In this document: piece after piece, positions 27,501 to 34,030 of the stretch
How positions within the stretch are numbered: position 1 is the first letter of the stretch
How the letters are laid out: every line of letters starts with the position of its first letter
DNA from: Candidatus Peregrinibacteria bacterium RIFOXYB2_FULL_33_20
Lineage (GTDB): Bacteria > Patescibacteriota > Gracilibacteria > UBA1369 > GWF2-33-10
Length of the DNA stretch: 40,000 nt
NCBI GenBank assembly: GCA_001788835.1
Contig: MFXK01000017.1
Location: 42,285-82,284, forward strand
Direction of reading: 5' to 3'
Position numbers and translations under genes: made by a program
Notes under the pieces: generated by a model
The model's input: the letters and a program-made list of their open reading frames with translations, nothing else
The model's database searches: none
What the model was told of the DNA's origin: nothing

Positions 27501-27573
27501 ATGGTATAAAGATAGGTCTTCTATTATATTTTAAAGCTTCATCTAACGCGGTGGATTTTTGGCTGGTTTCCAT
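24520..27573 (-). CDS. Transmembrane eukaryotic-like Ser/Thr protein kinase homologue (atypical), with (Ala-Pro)14 linker and Cys-rich extracytoplasmic C-terminal domain
   Basis: 1017 aa. Gly-rich loop GGFLGKGAVAEAF (~aa 97-109). Catalytic loop IHRDLKPENIF (H codon at 26854..26856). KLGDNSF occupies the DFG position (DNS at 26779..26787). TGTPKYIPWML resembles GTPxYMAPE. An acidic region and then T(AP)14ASA follow. There is a single TM helix, WIWPLVGIGSAGMIVGAGIQMY (~25543..25608). The ~340-aa C-terminal domain has more than 10 Cys. Confidence 0.8.
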   Translation of the reverse strand: METSQKSTALDEALKYNRRPIFIPSVLLDSDSSIAKLATLDKATIYVGDVNGEDDADADERPYSHPGVKTRAAIEKLLSNQSIFKKVKEGELEIYAGGFLGKGAVAEAFRLWSPDIKCSVLRPTDDVLKFSWFDCTSPRACLFDLTSLKEELPFSVNNPASVETKWVGVGLCGLEGSDCGGLMEKMEYIRRANTLRKFLRQRKTDDSVEDRAKKTRFFQMRSLGTALEEVKNKHLRGKIHRDLKPENIFLGGNNEADTGKLGDNSFCTTPERIKKRKKKLMTGTPKYIPWMLKESDKPTFATDAYALGVIGLEIIDSDLMRAKFTEGTKLNGDKLKITENNALGYIGKKIREGAKEISEKKQKYAANISAETGSDYDAIIEFIELCYKLVSEDVEDRFCDESIPREERYNSNQVLVKPARMMDDILNRMKCGNQTMVVLKLNGHRLEDATKIVNLMDVAERAKTEAKVKELIASRKTEIEQENADIPFLIIRDGRPVTVSTDIREFVDNSLKALIIAVSPDLEDESESEEVLTLEEESMVMLSEQSGNRDGNGDEDVVLLTEVVKDGRPETTASTEGEPELLIEVVTAPAPAPAPAPAPAPAPAPAPAPAPAPAPASALPFHIEKQNELPVAVSPLAEREHQLKTPSSPSTSSHRWIWPLVGIGSAGMIVGAGIQMYDTYQSNAQQAQTGLADPTLSPTQSVSEETSGSTLPPPTEKPVKGGEAISFPQIITVEGKTLTDLKECLGSDRDNGFKKRKKCGPLQLGVGELSVQATLINTVDYGLGALYCIKSECQAVVMPEGAMTSTTPKVTFDTVVFPGTQPVNLILSGHDITYEAWTNALSKSTDSDPLTVTVSSNAQNKATDWHSICNELGQPEINGCLSFINYNLDDEAIDIISSDITTVTGREIKECKQSLKDAGAIQDNIRELFDPSKNYILYNDGNWAKNCKAYQEAVDRGGDLPNGIFHRNELTTNQQQILRQSAQRDLDSCIENVRRTFASTVALCGGGNKKTQAKALK
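25721..25813. repeat. Perfect hexanucleotide microsatellite (GCTGGA)14 inside the kinase CDS
   Basis: 14 perfect GCTGGA units at 25727..25810. They are flanked by a degenerate unit GCTGAA (25721..25726) and a partial GCT (25811..25813). On the coding (minus) strand the codons are GCT-CCA, giving (Ala-Pro)14. Confidence 0.95.
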
Positions 27574-27713
27574 AAATTATAAAATCTTTTTTATAGAAAA
27601 GATACCATTATATATGTTTTTTATTTTTTGTCAATATGTTAAACTTTTGTTAAACAGATTAACGTAATAGTACACGAAAAAGCAACAAAAAGAGTTTCAA
27701 AAATAAAAATCTT

Positions 27714-28013
27714 TTGTCCAAAAAATGCTTTTGTGCAATACTTATAATAATTAATCTTCTCTCTATGCCCGACTACCTATATATAATCATTGCCAGTTCT
27801 GTTTCCTTGCTCACTATTCTGCTGGCCCTGGCCCTTATCTACTTAGTTTTTATCCTGCGCGATGTCACCAAAATTGTTGATCAGGTCGATGAAACCGTGA
27901 ACAAAGTGCAAGACTGCCTGCTCAAACCCATCGCTTTGACCAACCAGCTCTTACAAATAATCAGGTCGATTTTAGAATCAGCCAACAAAAAGGTCCGAAA
28001 CAAAAAAGAATAA
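27714..28013 (+). CDS. Small membrane protein (N-terminal TM helix plus coiled-coil tail; DUF948-like by eye)
   Basis: 99 aa from a TTG start in the ORF track. A more plausible ATG start at 27765 gives MPDYLYIIIASSVSLLTILLALALIYLVFILRDVTKIVDQVDETVNKVQDCL..., one TM helix followed by an amphipathic helix. Confidence 0.6.
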   Translation: MSKKCFCAILIIINLLSMPDYLYIIIASSVSLLTILLALALIYLVFILRDVTKIVDQVDETVNKVQDCLLKPIALTNQLLQIIRSILESANKKVRNKKE

Positions 28014-28022
28014 ATATAAAAT

Positions 28023-28050
28023 TTGACAAATTACTCGTTTTAGCTATAAT
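28023..28050 (+). promoter_or_regulatory. Sigma70-type promoter candidate for the 28072 gene
   Basis: TTGACA (28023..28028), a 16-nt spacer, then TATAAT (28045..28050). Both hexamers match consensus exactly. The element lies about 20 to 30 nt upstream of the TTG/ATG start candidates at 28072/28078. Confidence 0.5.
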
Positions 28051-28071
28051 TTCTTATCCGTAAATTAATCA

Positions 28072-28449
28072 TTGCGTATGGGAAATTTCGAAAAACATTA
28101 TCATAATAATAATCTAAGAGACGCTAATAAGTTATTAGGAATAGCAACTGCTGTGCTAACTTTTTTGTCTGCGTGCCAGATGCCACGAACTCCAGAAATA
28201 GTGGATTCATCAGCAGAAACAAGACAAAATTTGGCAGTAAAAGCTATAACAAGAACAGGGCTTGTCCATCCAAATGAAGATAAGACTTTTGCGGTTGATG
28301 GTTTTGGTGATCAAGAATGGTGTTGGGTTGATGGAAGACTTCAGAGAGCAAATGAAAATATCTGTGATGATCAATTGCTAGATATAAATCCAACTAATGG
28401 TGATGATGACACTTTCCCTCCGGAAGCCAGCGTCGCCTCCATTCAGTAA
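28072..28449 (+). CDS. Small lipoprotein, unknown function
   Basis: 125 aa (TTG start; alternative ATG at 28078). Lipobox LLGIATAVLTFLSAC-Q. The mature part is acidic with 2 Cys. Confidence 0.6.
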   Translation: MRMGNFEKHYHNNNLRDANKLLGIATAVLTFLSACQMPRTPEIVDSSAETRQNLAVKAITRTGLVHPNEDKTFAVDGFGDQEWCWVDGRLQRANENICDDQLLDINPTNGDDDTFPPEASVASIQ

Positions 28450-28471
28450 TCAAAATATTTTTCAGGAAAAC

Positions 28472-29677
28472 CTATTCCCCTTCCCCCAGCTGCCCTTCCA
28501 AAACATTCTCTAGAGTAGCCTGTGGTTTTTGCCAATTGGCTGGGGCATTTGATTCTTCTTTACCTTCAAAATCTAAAAAATATTTATTATTATAAGCATA
28601 CCAAAGTTGATCTACTTTATATTCATGCGTCAAAAAGTAATCAAAAACAATAGTATCAATTCCTTGTTTCATAACTCCATTCTCAATATACTCACCCATC
28701 GTGCCATCAATAGGCACCCACACCTGATTACTTTCATCATAATATTCTCCAAAGGCATGACCACCTTTTTGCCCCTCACCAAAATCAACTTCCGCTAAGA
28801 CTACTCGCATATTATCTGGACTGTAGCCCTTAACAATTAAAGCTGAAACCAAAAAATTCGCCTGCTCTGAGCAATCACTTTTAATGACTTGCGGACCAGG
28901 ATTCAAGACAGGCGTAATAGTCAAAAGTTCCTCAGGCGTAAACCAGTAATCACTCTCAGATGCCACTTTGCCACCACTTTCCACATAATATGGGATAAAT
29001 TCGCTATCCGCAATCCAAGCCACTTTTTGCAATACAAAATCCAAAATATCCTGATAAGAATTTAATCCTGCCACAATTTTTTGCAGATCTTGCGACTCAG
29101 GAGTGACATATAATTGGTATGGAGATAAAACTTCAAACTGTTCTCCTTGATCTTCTCTTTCCTGCATTCTCTTTTTTAACATCTCATTCAAAAAAATTTT
29201 ATCGCTGACATCTTTGGCCAAAATCGCTTTACCGATATTGCTTTGGGCAAATTTCTTAATTCGGTCAGAAGCAAAATCAATTTTTAAATTAGCTATTTCA
29301 CTCTTAAATTCAATTGGTTTGACTAATTTAAGCACGCAACTATTATCTTGCAATGCCTCGCCTTTTTTATAAGGCATTTTCGCAATAACAAAAATAAAAC
29401 TATCAGAACTAGCTTGCAAAGTGATTTGACTATCGGAAGTTAATACCCTTTCCGCTGCACAATCACTACTTTTTTTTAATTCAAAACCCATTGGTAAAGG
29501 AATATCGCTATCTTTGATTCTCCCAATTAATTTATCTTTCAACGGACTTTTGTTGTTCTTCAAAAGCTCTAATTGTGGCTTGGTATTTTTGACTGTTTCT
29601 GCTGGTTTTTGATCACCACAGGCACTTAAATTTAATACTAATAAGCAAAGAAAAATGCTTAGAAAAAAATTTTTCAT
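28472..29677 (-). CDS. Lipoprotein with transglutaminase-like cysteine protease core
   Basis: 401 aa. Lipobox FLCLLVLNLSAC-G. The C-terminal DCSEQANFLVSALIVKGY...GGHAFGEYY...WVPIDGT gives the Cys-His-Asp spacing of the transglutaminase-like superfamily. Confidence 0.7.
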   Translation of the reverse strand: MKNFFLSIFLCLLVLNLSACGDQKPAETVKNTKPQLELLKNNKSPLKDKLIGRIKDSDIPLPMGFELKKSSDCAAERVLTSDSQITLQASSDSFIFVIAKMPYKKGEALQDNSCVLKLVKPIEFKSEIANLKIDFASDRIKKFAQSNIGKAILAKDVSDKIFLNEMLKKRMQEREDQGEQFEVLSPYQLYVTPESQDLQKIVAGLNSYQDILDFVLQKVAWIADSEFIPYYVESGGKVASESDYWFTPEELLTITPVLNPGPQVIKSDCSEQANFLVSALIVKGYSPDNMRVVLAEVDFGEGQKGGHAFGEYYDESNQVWVPIDGTMGEYIENGVMKQGIDTIVFDYFLTHEYKVDQLWYAYNNKYFLDFEGKEESNAPANWQKPQATLENVLEGQLGEGE

Positions 29678-29704
29678 TTTTTTGCTAAATTAAATTTTAA
29701 AAAG

Positions 29705-30865
29705 TTATCCAGCCAACGCTTTCACCCCTGGCAATTCTCGGCCCTCCAAAAACTCCAACATGGCTCCACCACCCGTTGAGACATGATAAAACTTTTTCTC
29801 ATCAATCTTAAACCTTTTTAAAGCATCGATTGTTTCTCCGCCACCAATTATTACCTTGCCTTTAGCAATTGCTAACGCTTCAGCAATTTTTTTTGTCCCT
29901 TTCGCAAAACATTCGCATTCAAAAAGCCCCAATGGTCCGTTCCAGATAATCATGGCGGATTTATTAATCACATACAAATATTTCATGAGCGTAGTTTTGC
30001 CAATATCCAAAATTTTCATATCGCCTTCCACATCCTCTACCGGCAAATTTAAGGTTAGAGCTTTATCATTCATCTCACTTGCCACCACGGCATCGCTTGG
30101 AATTACAAATTTATCTTTATAAACTTCAGCACTCAACATAATTTCTTGCGCAGTTTCTAATTTATCCTCCTGATAGAGTGATTTTCCAATATCAAAACCC
30201 TGCGCAAATAAAAAAGTATTGGCAATGCCTCCGCCCACCAAAATATTATCTGCCTTATGAATAAATTCTTTTAACACGCCAATTTTAGTGTCAATTTTGG
30301 CTCCACCAATTATCAAAGTTAAAGGTTTTTGGGGATGATCTAAAACTTCAGTCAAAACCTCAATTTCTCTTTGCAACAAAAGTCCGGCATAACTTGGCAA
30401 AAGCTTAGCAATACCAACAATTGAAGCATGAGCTCGATGGGAACAGCCAAAAGCATCATTAACATAAATATCCGCCAGTTTCGCCCAAGCTTTAGCCAGT
30501 TTTTCATCATTTTTTTCTTCGCCAGGATCGAATCTGACATTTTCCAGCATAGCGATTTTGGCTGAGTTTGGTATTTCTTTTGGCGCTACTTCTTTCGATT
30601 GCCAAATTGTTTCTTTTAAAATTTTTTCTAAATATTTAGCGATAAATCCTACCCGTAAATCATCAATAATTTGTCCTTTGGGCCTACCAAAATGCGTGGC
30701 AAGAATAATCTGTTTTGCTCCTTTTTTCAACAAATATTTAATGGTCGGCAAGGCAGACATAATTCTAGTATCATCTGAAATAAGGCCTTGGCTATCCACT
30801 GGCACATTAAAATCTACTCTAAGCCAAACACGTTTATTTTTGAGGTTTACTGATTTTAAATTCAT
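29705..30865 (-). CDS. pgk: Phosphoglycerate kinase
   Basis: 386 aa. RVDFNVP, ILATHFGRPKG, NVRF..GEE.ND, NDAFG.SHRAHAS, ISTGGGA.LEFLEG..LPG. Confidence 0.96.
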   Translation of the reverse strand: MNLKSVNLKNKRVWLRVDFNVPVDSQGLISDDTRIMSALPTIKYLLKKGAKQIILATHFGRPKGQIIDDLRVGFIAKYLEKILKETIWQSKEVAPKEIPNSAKIAMLENVRFDPGEEKNDEKLAKAWAKLADIYVNDAFGCSHRAHASIVGIAKLLPSYAGLLLQREIEVLTEVLDHPQKPLTLIIGGAKIDTKIGVLKEFIHKADNILVGGGIANTFLFAQGFDIGKSLYQEDKLETAQEIMLSAEVYKDKFVIPSDAVVASEMNDKALTLNLPVEDVEGDMKILDIGKTTLMKYLYVINKSAMIIWNGPLGLFECECFAKGTKKIAEALAIAKGKVIIGGGETIDALKRFKIDEKKFYHVSTGGGAMLEFLEGRELPGVKALAG

Positions 30866-30909
30866 AATAATAAAATTACTGATTATTTATATACTCCGTA
30901 GCTTTAGCA

Positions 30910-31341
30910 TTAGCATCTTTTCATGGTCTCCATCATTTCAAAAATAGTTCTGACACCAATATAGCCTTTGTTTTCATGCCAATTTTTAAGGGAAGCCCTC
31001 GCTTTGGCATGCAAAATATCGCGCACCATCAACACCTCAAACACAATCGGAATTTCAAAATCCAACATCACTTGCCGCACTCCATCTACCATGGCCCGAC
31101 AAAGCATTTCATAGTGATCAGTCTGGCCTTTAATCACCGCCCCCAAAGTCAAAATCGCATCATATTTCTTGCTTTTGGCTAATTTTTTACAAATTAAAGG
31201 AATTTCAAAAACTCCAGGAACTTCCACAATTTTGACATTTTTCACGTTAAATTTCATTTCTTGCAAATATTTCAAAGCGCCTTTGAGTAAATTACTGGTA
31301 ATTGGCAGATTAAAATTAGAATAAACAATGGCTATCCTCAT
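30910..31341 (-). CDS. ribH: 6,7-dimethyl-8-ribityllumazine synthase family protein
   Basis: 143 aa. RIAIVYSNFN..IT..LL.GA...L, VEVPGVFEIPL..KKLA.S.KYDAILTLGAVIKGQTDHYE, V..G......D..IP..FEVL. No other rib genes are in the window. Confidence 0.85.
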   Translation of the reverse strand: MRIAIVYSNFNLPITSNLLKGALKYLQEMKFNVKNVKIVEVPGVFEIPLICKKLAKSKKYDAILTLGAVIKGQTDHYEMLCRAMVDGVRQVMLDFEIPIVFEVLMVRDILHAKARASLKNWHENKGYIGVRTIFEMMETMKRC

Positions 31342-31403
31342 ATTTAGGTAAATTCAACAAATACATATTTATTTTAGCGATTTTTAAAATTTTGTATACC
31401 CCA

Positions 31404-32747
31404 TCACGCATTCGCATAAACAACTGATCTCAACTGACGCAAATTTTCAAAAGCACGCCATAATTGAGGACTGGTATTTTCCTTAGTAAATTTATCAATA
31501 CGATAATGGAAATGGCTGAAAGCATTTTGCATATTCAATTGCGCTTCCGCCGCATTATTCGCTTTGACCGTTACCCAGCCTAAATAGTCATAACCTTCAG
31601 GCGGCGCAAAAATCGCATCGCCTTCTTGTTTAAATAGTTGAAAATCGTATAAATATTTTTTACCATAAATATCTTCGTTTACGTTAAATGTTGCTAAATG
31701 CCCTGAAAAATCAGGCAAGAAATATTGACCCATTAAATACATGTTTGGCTTAGCTCCACGCTCAATTCTACCCATATCAATGCCTAAAGCGATTTTGGCG
31801 GCGTTTTCCACCAAATCACAGCCCCACGCCCCTTTCACAAAACTCCAAACCTCATCGCCTCCCATTCGTAAATTCACTTCAATCGGTACGGCTCCATTCT
31901 TCGTAGACTTGGCTTCAAAATGAATGCAACCGTTTTTCACTCGCAGTTTTTCCAAAGTAGACTTGGCCATACTAATCAATTCATCCTGATTGTTACCTGG
32001 TAAAAGAGAAGGAATAATCTGTCCGGTCTCCACGAAGTAAGGCTCACGGGTCTTAAAATTATCAGTAATTGAGTAATATCTAATTTCGCCATTTTGGACC
32101 AAAATATCAATATCCACTTCATCACCATCAATGTACTCTTCCACCAAAATATCTGACTCGCGAATCACAGCTTCCTCTCTTTTGCACAAATTATCTTTTA
32201 AATAATTATAAAATTTCACTAATTCATAAGTGTTTTCAATTTTGATCACGAACAAGCTTGCCGCTCCGCAAGTTGGTTTAATGACACAAGGAAACGTAAA
32301 ATTCCGCGCAATATAATCCAAATCCTCCTTGTTTTTGATCAATTTATGCTTAGGCGCTGGCAAATTATTGTTACGACAAAATTCCCGAAATAAATACTTA
32401 TTTCTGACCTGAGAAGAAATAGTTAAAGGGATGCCAATAAAACCAAATTTATCCACAATTTTGGAAGTCAACACTACATCCTGCTCCCAAAAAGTTAAAG
32501 CCCCTTCAATTTTCAGATCCGGATGTCTCACCATAAAGCGTTCTACCGCTGTTATGGCTTCCGCATGATTATTGTTATCGGCAATAATAAAATGATCAAC
32601 TAGACTTTCCGCCCAATTCTTTTCTTTGTGAAGGGCGATAATTTTCAAGCCTAATTCTTTTAATCTCTCAACGATAAATTTCTTTTTAATAGAACCGGTA
32701 TTAACCAACAAAATTGTTTTACCCTGTAAAGAGTTTATAACTTGCAT
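31404..32747 (-). CDS. ATP-grasp ligase, L-amino-acid-ligase / carnosine-synthase-like, paralogue 1 of 3
   Basis: 447 aa. GKTILLVNTGSIKKKFIVERLKELGL, NWAESLVDHFI, FPCVIKPTCGAAS (ATP-binding Lys strand), VEEYIDGDEVDIDIL, PIEVNLRMGGDEV (Mg/phosphate-binding E-x-N). It carries a ~30-aa C-terminal tail that the other two copies lack. Confidence 0.8.
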   Translation of the reverse strand: MQVINSLQGKTILLVNTGSIKKKFIVERLKELGLKIIALHKEKNWAESLVDHFIIADNNNHAEAITAVERFMVRHPDLKIEGALTFWEQDVVLTSKIVDKFGFIGIPLTISSQVRNKYLFREFCRNNNLPAPKHKLIKNKEDLDYIARNFTFPCVIKPTCGAASLFVIKIENTYELVKFYNYLKDNLCKREEAVIRESDILVEEYIDGDEVDIDILVQNGEIRYYSITDNFKTREPYFVETGQIIPSLLPGNNQDELISMAKSTLEKLRVKNGCIHFEAKSTKNGAVPIEVNLRMGGDEVWSFVKGAWGCDLVENAAKIALGIDMGRIERGAKPNMYLMGQYFLPDFSGHLATFNVNEDIYGKKYLYDFQLFKQEGDAIFAPPEGYDYLGWVTVKANNAAEAQLNMQNAFSHFHYRIDKFTKENTSPQLWRAFENLRQLRSVVYANA

Positions 32748-32764
32748 AAATAAAATTTAATTTA

Positions 32765-34015
32765 TTATATAATTTTATAACTTAAATGATTAAAAGCATC
32801 TTGCATATTGCTTTCCGCTTCCTGCGCGTTATCACCTTTCACCGTTACCCAGCCCAAATAATCATACCCATCGGGCGGAGCCATAACTTTGTCGCCTTTT
32901 TTCCAAAACAACTGCAAATCGTATAAGTATTTTTTTTGGCGCACTCTTTCATCCAAATTACAGTAGGCCAAAACCCCAGACTTATTCGGCAAAAAATATT
33001 TACCCATCAAATAAGTCAATGGTTTCAAGCCTCGTTTAATTTCGCCCATATCAATTCCCAAAGCAATTTTGGCCGCATTTTCCACCAAATCACAGCCCCA
33101 CGCCCCTTTAACAAAACTCCAAACCTCATCGCCTCCCATCCGCAAATTTACTTCAATCGGCACGGCTCCATGCTCACTAGACTTTGCTTCAAAATGCATA
33201 CAGCCATCAGTAATATGTAATTTACTCAAAGTATCTTTAGCCATAACAAAAAGTTCGTTTTGTCTTTTTTTAGATAAAATTGATGGAATAATTTGTCCAG
33301 TTTCCACAAAATATGGCTCTTGAGTTTTAAAATTATCAGTAATCGAATAATACCTAATCTCACCACCTTGAATCAAAATATCCATATCCACTTCATTGCC
33401 GTCAATATATTCCTCCACAAATAATTCTGATTCTCTAATAAATTTTTCTTCATCGCTATTAATATTACTTTTGATAAATTCAAAGGTTTTTTTCAAATCC
33501 GCTTGGCTTTCGATTTTGACCACCCAGCAACTAGCCGCTCCCAAAGTCGGCTTCATCACCAAAGGAAAGGTAAAATTTTCAGACACATATTTCAAATCAA
33601 CTTCATTTGTAATCAATTTATGTTTTGGCGCGGGGATATCGTGTTGACCGCAAAATTCTCTAAAGAGATACTTATTACGAACCTTATTAGCAACTTTCCA
33701 AGAAATTCCCTTAAATCCATATTTATCAACTAATTTGGAAGCCAACAAAACATCATGTTCCCAGAATGTCATCACCCCGCCAATCTTAATTTCAGAATGA
33801 ACTTTCATAAAATTGGCAATATCTTGCAAAGCTCTATCATGATCCTCATTGTCAGTAATTACCCAATGATCTATGCAATCCTCCGCCCAGTTTTTAGTTT
33901 TATTAACCACCACCAAATTTAACCCAAGCTCTTTCAACCGCTCCAGAATAAATCTTTTTTCATGAGGACCAGTGTTCAGTATTAGTATTGTTTTACCATG
34001 TAAAGTCTCGCTCAT
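32765..34015 (-). CDS. ATP-grasp ligase, L-amino-acid-ligase / carnosine-synthase-like, paralogue 2 of 3
   Basis: 416 aa with the same motif set (GKTILILNTG, FPLVMKPTLGAAS, VEEYIDGNEVDMDIL, PIEVNLRMGGDEV). It shares a 41-aa block with paralogue 1, AVPIEVNLRMGGDEVWSFVKGAWGCDLVENAAKIALGIDMG, with 100% identity. Confidence 0.8.
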   Translation of the reverse strand: MSETLHGKTILILNTGPHEKRFILERLKELGLNLVVVNKTKNWAEDCIDHWVITDNEDHDRALQDIANFMKVHSEIKIGGVMTFWEHDVLLASKLVDKYGFKGISWKVANKVRNKYLFREFCGQHDIPAPKHKLITNEVDLKYVSENFTFPLVMKPTLGAASCWVVKIESQADLKKTFEFIKSNINSDEEKFIRESELFVEEYIDGNEVDMDILIQGGEIRYYSITDNFKTQEPYFVETGQIIPSILSKKRQNELFVMAKDTLSKLHITDGCMHFEAKSSEHGAVPIEVNLRMGGDEVWSFVKGAWGCDLVENAAKIALGIDMGEIKRGLKPLTYLMGKYFLPNKSGVLAYCNLDERVRQKKYLYDLQLFWKKGDKVMAPPDGYDYLGWVTVKGDNAQEAESNMQDAFNHLSYKII

Positions 34016-34030
34016 ATTTTTAAAAAATAT

